Below, piece after piece: positions 1-10,096 of a stretch of DNA of 38,263 bases. The stretch covers positions 1 through 38,263 of the forward strand of contig CAYYMU010000002.1 of the NCBI GenBank assembly GCA_964472445.1, read 5' to 3'. The notes under the pieces were generated by a model. The model did no database searches and was not told the origin of the DNA. It saw only the letters and a list, made by a program, of their open reading frames with translations. The position numbers and the translations under genes are program-made. The stretch's first letter is position 1, and every line of letters begins with the position of its first letter. The stretch comes from an uncultured Desulfobacteraceae bacterium (GTDB lineage: Bacteria; Desulfobacterota; Desulfobacteria; Desulfobacterales; ETH-SRB1).

Positions 1-30
1 GCAATTTAGCCGGGATTAATCTGAATCCCA

Positions 31-78
31 AAAATGCTCACAGAGCGAACAAATTCGACTTTTTACAAATTCATCAAG
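31..78 (-). repeat. Repeat module C
   Basis: AAAATGCTCACAGAGCGAACAAATTCGACTTTTTACAAATTCATCAAG is the reverse complement of 25784-25828, with about 5 mismatches. Confidence 0.8.
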
Positions 79-90
79 ACTTATTGTTTA

Positions 91-1216
<1,126 letters not shown>

Positions 1217-1268
1217 TTATTAAACAACCTTCAAAAACCATGGTTTTACTCATGAATTCGTCGGATTA

Positions 1269-2465
1269 TTACCAGTTCATTTTACTTAAAACTTCAACAA
1301 TCTTTTCTATTCTCCGGCCAAGCTCTTCTTTTGTCCACGAAAGCTTTATCAGCATTGATATGGTTCTGCCCATTATATTGTCAGACTGCACAAGATTCAT
1401 GTTTTCGTAATCAGGACAATTTTCAAACATACTGGCCGGAAGTTTTGCAGCAGACTTTAGCTTTTTAAAATGATCCCACTGACGAACATAGTGCCAGTTG
1501 TTATCATACCAGTAAAAACAGCTGTCAACTCCGGCGCTGGCAAGTTTGGCTGTCAGGGTCCGGGCATGTTCTTCTTTGGGCAGAAAAAACGAAAGAAAGG
1601 TGGCTGAATCTCCATTTTCATCAAGCACCTTTCTAAAAGTGATTTCCGAAAACTGCGACATGGCATTCTTTATGGCTTTTTTATGTTCCCGCTGTTTTTC
1701 CAGTATGTAATTTATTTTTCTTAACTGGGCTAATCCAACCGCTGCGTTAAGCTCACTTATGCGAAAATTTGTGCCAAGAAAAGGATGGGTTTCAAGCCCT
1801 CGGTCACTGCCTTTATGATCATGACCATGATCCGCATAACCTTCGGCAATTGTATAGAGCTTTTTATCATTAGTTATAACTGCTCCTCCTTCACCGCATG
1901 TAATGGTTTTAACAGGATCAAAAGAAAAGCATCCCATGTGGCCGAATGTTCCTAAAGCCTTTCCGTTAAGTGAACCGCCAAGAGCCTGGCAGGCATCCTC
2001 TATAAGAACAAGACCTTTCTTTTCGCAAAGCAGCCTGATTTCATCAATGCGTGCCATTGCACCGCACATGTGAACCGGCAGCACTGCCTTTGTACGAGAG
2101 GTAATAACAGAATCAACAGCATCAGGATCAAGGCACAATGTCTCATCTATTTCAGCAAACACCGGCACTGCTCCTGCTCCAAGAACGGCCTCTACAGTTG
2201 CGACAAAAGTAAAGGGAGGAACGATTACCTCATCTCCAGCTCCCACTCCGCATGCAGCCAAGGCAATACCAAGAGCGGCAGTACCGCTGGAACACAGGTG
2301 GCAATATTGTGCTCCGGTAAGCTTTGACAACTCTGCCTCAAAAGATTTTGCTTTCCAGTGTCCGTTTCGCGCCTGATCAAAACCATAACGAAACAACACA
2401 CCTGTATCAAGCACATCCTGAACCTCTTTCCGTTCCTCATCACCAAATATTTCAAAACCAGGCAT
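1269..2465 (-). CDS. DegT/DnrJ/EryC1/StrS-family PLP-dependent sugar aminotransferase; candidate KdnA-type Kdo8N transaminase
   Basis: 398-aa ORF with GGAGGA RBS. Motifs: SSGTAAL, DEVIVPPFTFVAT, IEDACQALG, FSFDPVKTIT (PLP lysine context), FRISELNAA. The N-terminus MPGFEIFG and the C-terminal FYWYDNNWHY/ISMLIKLSWT resemble what I recall of Shewanella KdnA. Confidence 0.85.
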   Translation of the reverse strand: MPGFEIFGDEERKEVQDVLDTGVLFRYGFDQARNGHWKAKSFEAELSKLTGAQYCHLCSSGTAALGIALAACGVGAGDEVIVPPFTFVATVEAVLGAGAVPVFAEIDETLCLDPDAVDSVITSRTKAVLPVHMCGAMARIDEIRLLCEKKGLVLIEDACQALGGSLNGKALGTFGHMGCFSFDPVKTITCGEGGAVITNDKKLYTIAEGYADHGHDHKGSDRGLETHPFLGTNFRISELNAAVGLAQLRKINYILEKQREHKKAIKNAMSQFSEITFRKVLDENGDSATFLSFFLPKEEHARTLTAKLASAGVDSCFYWYDNNWHYVRQWDHFKKLKSAAKLPASMFENCPDYENMNLVQSDNIMGRTISMLIKLSWTKEELGRRIEKIVEVLSKMNW

Positions 2466-2514
2466 TCTAAATCCTCCGGTATAATTAAAAATTCAAATTT
2501 GTTTTAAACAAGCT

Positions 2515-4449
2515 TCAACCCAGGGCTGTTCCAGGTTTTACCGTCCTGTCAACCGTCACTAAAGAACAACCCTTATCATCGACCGCTGCCAGAACCATTC
2601 CGTTTGAAACTATTCCCATTATTTTTGCCGGCTTTAAATTGGCAACCACGATTACCTGCTTGCCAACCAGGTCTTCAGGTTTATAGCTTGCGGCAATGCC
2701 GGCTATGAGTGTTCTCTTCTCTCCAAGATCAACCTCTAATTTAAGCAGTTTTTTTGCCCTTGGAATTGATTCAGCGCTGAGTACAATACCCACCCTGAGA
2801 TCAATTGCACCGAATGTTTCTATTGGTATTTCGGATTTTATCTCCAACAAACTGCTTGTGCCGGATGTTTCTTCCTGCGCAAAATTTTTATTGTTTTTCA
2901 TATCAACTCTTGGAAAAAGTGTTATTCCCTTTGGAAGCTGTGTGCCTGGATCAATTATCGTCCATTTTTTCAGGGTTTCGAGCTTGTTGAAATATCCATT
3001 TTTAATCAGATCCATATCCAGGCCAAGATGTTTCTGCATGAGGGCCGATGTATCCGGCATGACCGGATAAACGAGACCGGCTATTACTCCAAGCCCATTA
3101 AGAAGATTGTTGATTACAAGCTCCAGCTGTTTTTTACTGGCTTTCTTCTTTGCGAGTTCCCATGGCGCAGTAAAATCGACATATCTATTCATCTTGCCGA
3201 TTAATTCCCATATCACCACAAGTGCTTTATGAAAACCAAAGTCTTCCATTGCAAGTTCATATGCAGCAATGGTTTCAATGGCATCTGACTCAAGACCCAG
3301 ATTAAATTCGCTTTGCACTTCTGGATCAACCCCTGGAACTATGCCCTTAAAATATTTATGCACCATTGCTAAAACTCTGGAAAACAGGTTTCCCAGATCA
3401 TTGGCAAGATCCGCGTTAATTCGCCCCACCAGCCCTTTTTCGCTGAAACTGGAATCAAGCCCAAATACCATATCCCGCATTAAAAAAAACCTGAAGGCAT
3501 CAAGTCCGTATATGTTTTTGAGTTTAAGAGGATCTACAATATTGCCAAGACTTTTAGACATCTTGGTTTGATCAATATTCCAGTATCCATGAACATTCAG
3601 ATGGTTATACACCGGAATGCCTGCGGCCTTAAGCATGATAGGCCAGTATATACCATGGGGCTTGAGAATATCCTTTGCGACTATATGCTGGGTATGCGGC
3701 CAGAATTTTTTAAACAGATCCCCATCAGGATAACCAAGTGCTGAAATATAATTTAAAAGAGCATCAAACCATACATATGTAACATACTCTTTATCAAAGG
3801 GCATGGTAATTCCCCATTTAAGCCGGGTTTTTGGACGCGAGATGCAAAGATCTTCAAGAGGTTTGCTTAAAAACGACATAACTTCGTTTCTATATCTCTC
3901 TGGCCGGATAAAATCAGGATGTTTTTCAATATGATCAATAAGCCAATCCTGATACTTGCTCATCTTGAAAAAATAGTTGGATTCCTTGATCAGTTCCGGT
4001 TCAACAAGATGATCCGGGCACTTGCCGTCAACCAGCTCGCGCTCAGTCAAAAAACGTTCACATCCAAAACAGTACAGTCCTTCATACTCGCTAAAATATA
4101 TATCGCCTGAATCATAAATTTTTTGCAGTATCTGTTTTACTAAAGCAATATGAGATTCATCAGAAGTGCGTATAAAACTACTATAATTAATCTTCAGCCT
4201 GGGCCAAAGCTCTCTGTACATATTGCTTATTTTATCTACATAAGCCCTGGGGGTTATATTCTCTTTCCTTGCTGCGCGTACTATCTTGTCTCCATGTTCG
4301 TCCGTGCCGGTCAAAAAGAAAACATCAGATCCCTTCATAACATTAAACCGGCAGATAACATCGGCTGCGATGGTTGTATAGGCATGCCCAAGATGGGGCA
4401 TTGCATTTACATAATAAATAGGGGTGGTTATGTAAAAGGATTGGGTCAT
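2515..4449 (-). CDS. metG: Methionine--tRNA ligase with C-terminal tRNA-binding (EMAP/Trbp111-like) domain
   Basis: 644 aa. HLGH signature (AMPHLGHAYT), KMSKS signature (KMSKSLGN), Cys knuckle CFGCERF...CPDH, and a C-terminal IDLRVG...ANLKPAKIMG OB-fold. Its start overlaps the stop of the upstream gene by 4 nt (ATGA). Confidence 0.97.
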   Translation of the reverse strand: MTQSFYITTPIYYVNAMPHLGHAYTTIAADVICRFNVMKGSDVFFLTGTDEHGDKIVRAARKENITPRAYVDKISNMYRELWPRLKINYSSFIRTSDESHIALVKQILQKIYDSGDIYFSEYEGLYCFGCERFLTERELVDGKCPDHLVEPELIKESNYFFKMSKYQDWLIDHIEKHPDFIRPERYRNEVMSFLSKPLEDLCISRPKTRLKWGITMPFDKEYVTYVWFDALLNYISALGYPDGDLFKKFWPHTQHIVAKDILKPHGIYWPIMLKAAGIPVYNHLNVHGYWNIDQTKMSKSLGNIVDPLKLKNIYGLDAFRFFLMRDMVFGLDSSFSEKGLVGRINADLANDLGNLFSRVLAMVHKYFKGIVPGVDPEVQSEFNLGLESDAIETIAAYELAMEDFGFHKALVVIWELIGKMNRYVDFTAPWELAKKKASKKQLELVINNLLNGLGVIAGLVYPVMPDTSALMQKHLGLDMDLIKNGYFNKLETLKKWTIIDPGTQLPKGITLFPRVDMKNNKNFAQEETSGTSSLLEIKSEIPIETFGAIDLRVGIVLSAESIPRAKKLLKLEVDLGEKRTLIAGIAASYKPEDLVGKQVIVVANLKPAKIMGIVSNGMVLAAVDDKGCSLVTVDRTVKPGTALG

Positions 4450-5261
4450 TCTTTCTCCTTCTGCTGTATAATATCATCTAAGGTCAATTCTTTCTCATGG
4501 CGATCACTCATTTGTACCGTCAAACGGTTATTTATAACATTATGTCGTATTACCTTGCAGGTTCCGTTCTTAGTCTGCACCATTTTCCCAATCTTTGGAA
4601 AAGATTTCTTAAGAGTTCTGTATGTTTCATATTCATACGTAAGACAACACATAAGCCTGCCGCATAAACCGGAAATTTTGGTAGGATTTAAAGACAAATC
4701 CTGCATTTTTGCCATGCGTATGGAAACTGGTTCGAATTTACTCATAAACAGGGAACAACAGATCAGACGTCCGCATCGTCCTATGCCGCCGCTCATCTTG
4801 GCCTGATTGCGTATTCCAACCTGTCTCATCTCAACCCTTACATTAAGTTTATTAACCAGCATTTTAACGAGTTCACGAAAATCAATACGGCCGTCTGCAG
4901 TAAAGAAAAAAATTAATTTACTACCATCAAATGAACTTTCGACAGCAAATAGATTCATTTTTAATTTTAGCTTATTTATGCAGTTAACACAAAAAGCATG
5001 TGCTGAACTTTTGCTTACAGTGTTTTTGTCTCGTTGCCTGAAATCCTCTTCGTTTGCCAGCCTAAACACCTTTTTAAGCACTCTGCCCGATATTCTCTCA
5101 CCACATGACTCTGGAGGTATTGCAACTGTTCCAAAACAGAGGCCCCTCTCTGTTTCCACAATAACATGATCTCCCCGTTTAAGCACAAACATACCACTGT
5201 CAAAATCGTAAATTTTGCTGCAGGGCTTAAACCTTACTCCTACAATTTTTGCCATAACCAT
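4446..5261 (-). CDS. PSP1 domain protein (YaaT/RicT-like)
   Basis: 271 aa. Cys-rich PSP1 C-terminal region (GRCGRLICC...LCGRLMCCLTYE). The conserved holB-PSP1-metG neighbourhood is present. The true start is possibly ATG 5255, which sits 6 nt after GAGG. Confidence 0.85.
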   Translation of the reverse strand: MVMAKIVGVRFKPCSKIYDFDSGMFVLKRGDHVIVETERGLCFGTVAIPPESCGERISGRVLKKVFRLANEEDFRQRDKNTVSKSSAHAFCVNCINKLKLKMNLFAVESSFDGSKLIFFFTADGRIDFRELVKMLVNKLNVRVEMRQVGIRNQAKMSGGIGRCGRLICCSLFMSKFEPVSIRMAKMQDLSLNPTKISGLCGRLMCCLTYEYETYRTLKKSFPKIGKMVQTKNGTCKVIRHNVINNRLTVQMSDRHEKELTLDDIIQQKEKE

Positions 5262-5264
5262 CCT

Positions 5265-6296
5265 CTAAATAAGACGCATTACCATTACTTCTAAAGTCAG
5301 CAACGTGTTAGCTCCGGCCTTAATGCCTTTCTGCGCTTTCTGAACAGCTTCGATTTTTGCAATAATCTCTTTAACCGTAAGTTTTTCTGAAGCATCTTTA
5401 ATCTTCTCTATTAAATCCTGATTTATAATTTTTTCAGGAGAATATTTATATACAATAACATCTCTCAGCCAGGATTCTATCACAGCCAAAGAATCCTGTA
5501 GAAAGCCCCTGTGTTTTGACAACTCTGCTGCAAAACCTAAAAACAAACCAACTGGCTGCGTAGAAAGCATACCGGTCGTATAACGGTTTAAAACTTTTAT
5601 AAGCCATTGTCGCCTGTTCTTCCAGCTTATACTATTTCCGCTTTTAACCATTGAAAGAGCCTTTGACAAGTTCCCTCCAGCCAGAATCGCAATTATTTTC
5701 GCGTCATTAGAATCAAGCCCCTTTTCTTTTATCAAAATACTGGTCATGCTTTTTACTGAAATCGGGCTAAACCTGATATGTTGACAGCGGGAAACAATCG
5801 TAGGAAGAAGAGTTGATGACTGTATTGCGGTAAGTATTAAAATTGTCCTGTCAGGTGGTTCTTCAAGCATCTTGAGCAATGCATTGCCTGCTGAAGGATT
5901 CATTGCATGTGCATTAGATATTATTACAACGCGCTTTTTTGCCTCATAAGGCTTCATTGCAAGAATATCTATCAAAGAACGTATTTGAGAAATTTTGATA
6001 TAAGCGCCTGATGGCTTAACATGTATGACGTCAGGATGGTTTCCTGATCGGATTTTCATGCATGAGCTACAGGAACAAATTTGATCTGTCTCTAACCGTT
6101 TATTGTCTTTTAAAATATTTTTTGCATCAACGTTCAGACAGTTGCATGCCATGGCAAAGATTTTAGCTGCCGTACTCTTGCCAACGCCTTCCATGCCTGT
6201 AAAAAGAAGGGCGCTGGGAATAGTTCCGTGCTGCAGAAAGGCTGTTAAAAGTTGTACTGGTTTTTTTTGATTTACTATGACTGCAAATTCAGACAC
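5265..6296 (-). CDS. holB: DNA polymerase III subunit delta prime
   Basis: 343 aa. Clamp-loader AAA+ motifs GMEGVGKST, a Zn-module-like CxxCxxC (CSCSSCMKIRSGNHPD), NALLKMLEEPP and SRCQ. Confidence 0.9.
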   Translation of the reverse strand: MSEFAVIVNQKKPVQLLTAFLQHGTIPSALLFTGMEGVGKSTAAKIFAMACNCLNVDAKNILKDNKRLETDQICSCSSCMKIRSGNHPDVIHVKPSGAYIKISQIRSLIDILAMKPYEAKKRVVIISNAHAMNPSAGNALLKMLEEPPDRTILILTAIQSSTLLPTIVSRCQHIRFSPISVKSMTSILIKEKGLDSNDAKIIAILAGGNLSKALSMVKSGNSISWKNRRQWLIKVLNRYTTGMLSTQPVGLFLGFAAELSKHRGFLQDSLAVIESWLRDVIVYKYSPEKIINQDLIEKIKDASEKLTVKEIIAKIEAVQKAQKGIKAGANTLLTLEVMVMRLI

Positions 6297-6300
6297 AAAT

Positions 6301-6576
6301 CTAATTATCTACCCTGTCTTTCAATTCTTTTCCAGCTTTGAAAAACGGAAGTTTTTTTGGTTTTATTACAACCTGCTCACCTGTCTTTGGATTTCTTCCA
6401 GCATATCCCTTGTATTCTTTTACAAAAAAACTGCTGAACCCGCGAATTTCCACCCTTTCTCCCCGTACCAGAGCATCCTGCATTGAACCAAAAAATATTT
6501 TAACTATCCTGGCCGCGTCTGACCTTGAAATATTAGTCTCGGCTTTAAGGCTTGAAATAATCTCCAGTTTGTTCAT
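6301..6576 (-). CDS. ihfB: HU/IHF-family DNA-bending protein, IHF beta-like
   Basis: 91 aa from ATG 6576 with a GGAGG RBS at 6582-6586. Contains RVEIRGFSSF...GRNPKTGEQV...FKAGKELKDRV. The longer ORF running to 6627 extends into a repeat element and is not credible. Confidence 0.85.
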   Translation of the reverse strand: MNKLEIISSLKAETNISRSDAARIVKIFFGSMQDALVRGERVEIRGFSSFFVKEYKGYAGRNPKTGEQVVIKPKKLPFFKAGKELKDRVDN

Positions 6577-6595
6577 GTATCCTCCTTTTTGAAAA

Positions 6596-6750
6596 GAGAC
6601 CTTTGCAAAACCTCCCCTTTTGCCCAATTACTGCGTCAGGCTCAAATTTTAAGCCTCGCAATACTCAATGTATTCCTACGTTTAAACCTGATTTAAAATT
6701 TGGTCGCCTTCCTTGAACTTGAGCAAAATTGAACATTTTTCAAAGGTCTC
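6596..6750 (-). repeat. Repeat family A, copy A1 (155-bp imperfect palindrome)
   Basis: Termini GAGACCTTTGCAAAA ... TTTTTCAAAGGTCTC. Core carries CTGCGTCAGG, GGAATACATTGAGTAT (reverse complement) and CCTTCCTTGAAC. Ends 20 nt upstream of the ihfB-like start codon. Confidence 0.85.
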
Positions 6751-6764
6751 GAAATAACTGCCAT

Positions 6765-6878
6765 TTGACGCATTCGTAAAAAGCTGCATTATACCGCTCT
6801 GCGGCACTTGAAATTAGAATAACTTTAAACAATCCGTCTTCAGTTGTGATGTAAATTAAAATTAGAAAATTGTTTGAG
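6765..6878 (-). repeat. BT module plus one arm of the B palindrome (partial B copy)
   Basis: TTGACGCATTCGTAAAAAGCTGCATTATACCGCTCTGCGGCACTTGAAATTAGAATAACTTTAAACAATCCGTCTTCAGTTGTGATGTAAATTAAAATTAGAAAATTGTTTGAG aligns to the reverse complement of 15375-15500. Reading on the plus strand gives TTGACG, a 16-nt spacer, then CATTAT. Confidence 0.8.
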
Positions 6879-6938
6879 TTGAGTTATTTGAAAGTCGTTT
6901 TATGACTGTTAAACAAAACCCCTTAAAAAGTCAAGCAG

Positions 6939-7460
6939 TTATGACAATATTTCTGGGAGCTTTTCGACACAGTCTTCACTCACATCCACTGCTGCAAACT
7001 GACCAAGAGCTTCTATGTTCACAACAACCCTGTCTTTACCTCTGTATCTCACAAAAGAGCCCATCACGCCTGTAAACGGACCATAAATCACTGCGACCCT
7101 GTCTCCTTCTTTAAATTTCGTACCCGTTAATACGGTGTTATCTCCTGCGACCATTATTTGAAGTGACTCAACGGTCTTAGATGCAACAGAAACAGCGCCC
7201 ATTTTGTTGCCGATAAAACGAACAACTCCAGCGGTTTTTAGGATTTCAAGGCGTTGATATGGATCAAGCTCTGTTTTAACGAACAGATATCCCGGGAAAA
7301 GAGGAACTCTGAGCATTACTCGTCTGTCACGGCGTTTACTTTTTACTCTGATCTTTGGCAGAAAAACTTCAAACGATTTTTTAAACAGAAGATCATTAGC
7401 AATACTTTCAAACCTGCTCTTTGTATGTAAAACATACCACTGGGGATTTTTTATCATCAT
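6939..7460 (-). CDS. NusG-family specialised paralog (RfaH/UpxY-like transcription antiterminator)
   Basis: 173 aa. NGN domain (WYVLHTKSRFE...PLFPGYLFV) plus a KOW motif (GDRVAVIYGPFTGVMGSF). Lies 12 nt downstream of lptD. Confidence 0.8.
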   Translation of the reverse strand: MMIKNPQWYVLHTKSRFESIANDLLFKKSFEVFLPKIRVKSKRRDRRVMLRVPLFPGYLFVKTELDPYQRLEILKTAGVVRFIGNKMGAVSVASKTVESLQIMVAGDNTVLTGTKFKEGDRVAVIYGPFTGVMGSFVRYRGKDRVVVNIEALGQFAAVDVSEDCVEKLPEILS

Positions 7461-7472
7461 CTAAAAACTCAA

Positions 7473-9869
7473 TTAGAGCGGTTCTTCCATAGTATGTCCA
7501 ACTATATCTTTGCCAAATTGTCCGAGCCCGTAAAGATTAATTATAAAGGTATATTTCCTGTCGTTATCTTCATCAGTATATCCAAAATCTATAGACCAGC
7601 ACTGGGCCTTATACAAAAAACCAACACCTCTTTTTATCTCCTGACTGTCGTAAATATTACGCTCATAATCAGCATATACATTTAGCTGGTCAGTTACCGC
7701 CAGAGTCATCTCCGTATAAATAGATTCACTCGAATTAATAGGTACACTCGAATCATATGTATATCTATGCTCAACAAAAATTGTGTCACCACGATTATCT
7801 GATACGGTTAATGCTACATTGCGCGATTCAAAATCGCCTTCATATGGAGACCATTTGGTGTCTGCCTGCATAGAAACATATTTGACCGGATCTAATTGTA
7901 TTTCACCATATATTGCAGAAAAAGGCCTTTTTTGCTTTTTATTTACCCACAGGGAGGGAGTGTCCTCTTTTGCCTCATTAATATTGTAACTCTGTTCCAG
8001 TTTTAAGCGGCAAAGCTGATTATACACACGGCCTGTAACATAATTATCGGTGTTTTTATCTGGGGGATCCTTCTCTGTAAGCTGAGCCTGCGATCTTGAC
8101 GTAAAAACATTTGTTAATGAATATGTTACAAGGTTTTTTCTTGCAATACTGTCAAGACTGTCAAACTGTGGATATTTGCTCTGATATTTTCCCGGTATAT
8201 ATTCATAAACCACATTTGGAGTTATAGCATGTTTTATCTTGTCAATACCAAATGCCTGTATATTATATATTTTATATATATCAGAGGAAACATCTGCTTT
8301 AAAATCATAAATTCCCCTGTACATTGTTGCTTCGTCAGATGATCTGTATTCCTCTTTGTCAAAATGCCATGCTGTCTCTCTAAATCCAACAGACGGTTCA
8401 AAAGACATATATTTCTTGAATCTTAAGGGCAAATATAATCTTGGATATACATCCATCCTGTGTGCCCTTGAAGCATCCTCTCTGTAAAAATACGTATATT
8501 GGGAATCAAGATCAAAATACAGGGGGGTGCCATATATCTGCTGTTTGGATCCATTAAAGTCAATGTTTGGAAGCATCTGTATTGTTGTGTCGTCAATCTC
8601 ATCCCGACGCCGGTTTATTACATTATCATACCAGCGCGTTTCAGCGTTAAAGCTGAATTGCGACCAGATTTTATTGATGCTAAGGCTGTTTACCCTTGTT
8701 GACTCATCATAATCCTCAATGTCTCTGCCAAAATTTTTAAGGAAATACATATCGGTTTTATCAAAGCCGGTGTAACCGTCCTTAAATTCGCGAAGATAAT
8801 CCTGATCACTTACAATATCTATATCCAGTTTTGCAGTAAAACCAGAGGCCAGAGACTGATCATGTTTCATCCTGAACCAGTATCTGTCTGAATTGGGCCG
8901 CAACTTATCATTCGTATCATCTGTATATCCCCATTCCTCGCTTGATTCTGTCGTGCCGTCATCCACCTTCTTGTCCTGCAAAAAATCATACATTAACGTG
9001 CCTTTTGAATTTTCATCCAGGACATAACGATATTCAAAACCTGCTTTTTCTCCCCTGCGTCCAATATGGTGATAATAAAAGGTTGCATCTGAGCTCTCGT
9101 TAATAGCCCAGTAAAAAGGCTGTATGTATTCATCCCATTTCCGTTCTGAATAAACTATCTGGGGCGGCAAAAGACCTGACTGCCTTTTTGTCTTTGCGGG
9201 AAACACGAAAAAAGGAGCATACATAACAGGCACTTTTTTTGCCCAAAGCGCGGCGTTAGTAATAAAACCATAGCCTTCTATGGTAACCTTTAAATTTCTT
9301 CCCGTTACTTTCCATGCAGGGTTGTCGCCATCACAGGTTGTAAGACTGCCTTTGTTTACAGCATAAGAATCTTTTCCTGTTTTCTGAATTTTGTCGCCCT
9401 TTATATAAAAATGGTTTTCCTTAAGAAATACTGTTCCATTATATGCTGTTCCTATTTCAGCTTCCAGATCCATTTCCATTTTATTGGCAATAAGCAGGTC
9501 ATCGCCCACCATCATTATCACGTGGCCAACAGCCAGCACCTGCATATTTATATTATCAAAACGAACAAAATCTGCTGTAAGACGCTTGTTTTCCTTGGTA
9601 ATAACGACATTTCCCTTTGCTATATACTTATTGGTTTTCTTGTCTAAACTTATTTCATCACCAACAATATGCCAGGGTTTGGAAGGATCGTCTTTAAATA
9701 CTCGCTCATTGCTCTGAGCAAAAGAAAAATCCACACTCCCAAACACAAAAGCATGGATCAGAAACAAACAGAAAAAACTATAACTAAAAATTCTTGGCAA
9801 GGACCTACAGTGTCCAATTAATCTGCGAATAAAACTGTATTTTTTAAATTGAGGTCTTTTGTGAAGCAT
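7473..9869 (-). CDS. lptD: LPS-assembly outer-membrane protein LptD
   Basis: 798 aa. N-terminal signal/TM segment, an OstA-like N-domain, and a long aromatic-rich beta-barrel region. Confidence 0.85.
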   Translation of the reverse strand: MLHKRPQFKKYSFIRRLIGHCRSLPRIFSYSFFCLFLIHAFVFGSVDFSFAQSNERVFKDDPSKPWHIVGDEISLDKKTNKYIAKGNVVITKENKRLTADFVRFDNINMQVLAVGHVIMMVGDDLLIANKMEMDLEAEIGTAYNGTVFLKENHFYIKGDKIQKTGKDSYAVNKGSLTTCDGDNPAWKVTGRNLKVTIEGYGFITNAALWAKKVPVMYAPFFVFPAKTKRQSGLLPPQIVYSERKWDEYIQPFYWAINESSDATFYYHHIGRRGEKAGFEYRYVLDENSKGTLMYDFLQDKKVDDGTTESSEEWGYTDDTNDKLRPNSDRYWFRMKHDQSLASGFTAKLDIDIVSDQDYLREFKDGYTGFDKTDMYFLKNFGRDIEDYDESTRVNSLSINKIWSQFSFNAETRWYDNVINRRRDEIDDTTIQMLPNIDFNGSKQQIYGTPLYFDLDSQYTYFYREDASRAHRMDVYPRLYLPLRFKKYMSFEPSVGFRETAWHFDKEEYRSSDEATMYRGIYDFKADVSSDIYKIYNIQAFGIDKIKHAITPNVVYEYIPGKYQSKYPQFDSLDSIARKNLVTYSLTNVFTSRSQAQLTEKDPPDKNTDNYVTGRVYNQLCRLKLEQSYNINEAKEDTPSLWVNKKQKRPFSAIYGEIQLDPVKYVSMQADTKWSPYEGDFESRNVALTVSDNRGDTIFVEHRYTYDSSVPINSSESIYTEMTLAVTDQLNVYADYERNIYDSQEIKRGVGFLYKAQCWSIDFGYTDEDNDRKYTFIINLYGLGQFGKDIVGHTMEEPL

Positions 9870-10096
9870 CAGGTCCGATTTTTCCAGTTTTTTTTTGGGC
9901 TAAAGGAAAGAGAGTCGCAATTCAAAGATAGATACACTTAATGGGAATAAAACTGTTTTATTTACGCCTCCTGGCGCTAACTGGTTTAATCGTTCAACTC
10001 TGGCACAAAGACTTGTTTTTGCTGCCCTTTGCTATCCAGTTAATAAACCTCAATAGATATTTTTGTATTCTATGTAATATCAAAGTGTTATCCTGA

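Noticed and set aside
4150-4806. 218-aa ORF on the plus strand
   Set aside because: It is entirely antisense to metG and the PSP1 gene. The composition is low-complexity and Cys/Ile-rich, no motif is recognisable, and both sense genes are well supported.
6596-6601. Family-A termini carry GAGACC/GGTCTC (BsaI/Eco31I sites), considered as a sign of an engineered Golden-Gate cassette
   Set aside because: The copies are diverged from each other and differ in length. They are embedded in native-looking repeat mosaics, one copy uses different termini, and additional solo GGTCTC-containing fragments exist (29715, 29930, 37157). This is a natural repeat family.
10001-10024. TGGCAC-containing string (TGGCACAAAGACTTGT) resembling a sigma54 promoter
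   Set aside because: The GG-to-GC spacing is off by one. It also points into the 3' end of the convergently oriented purM, with no gene to serve.
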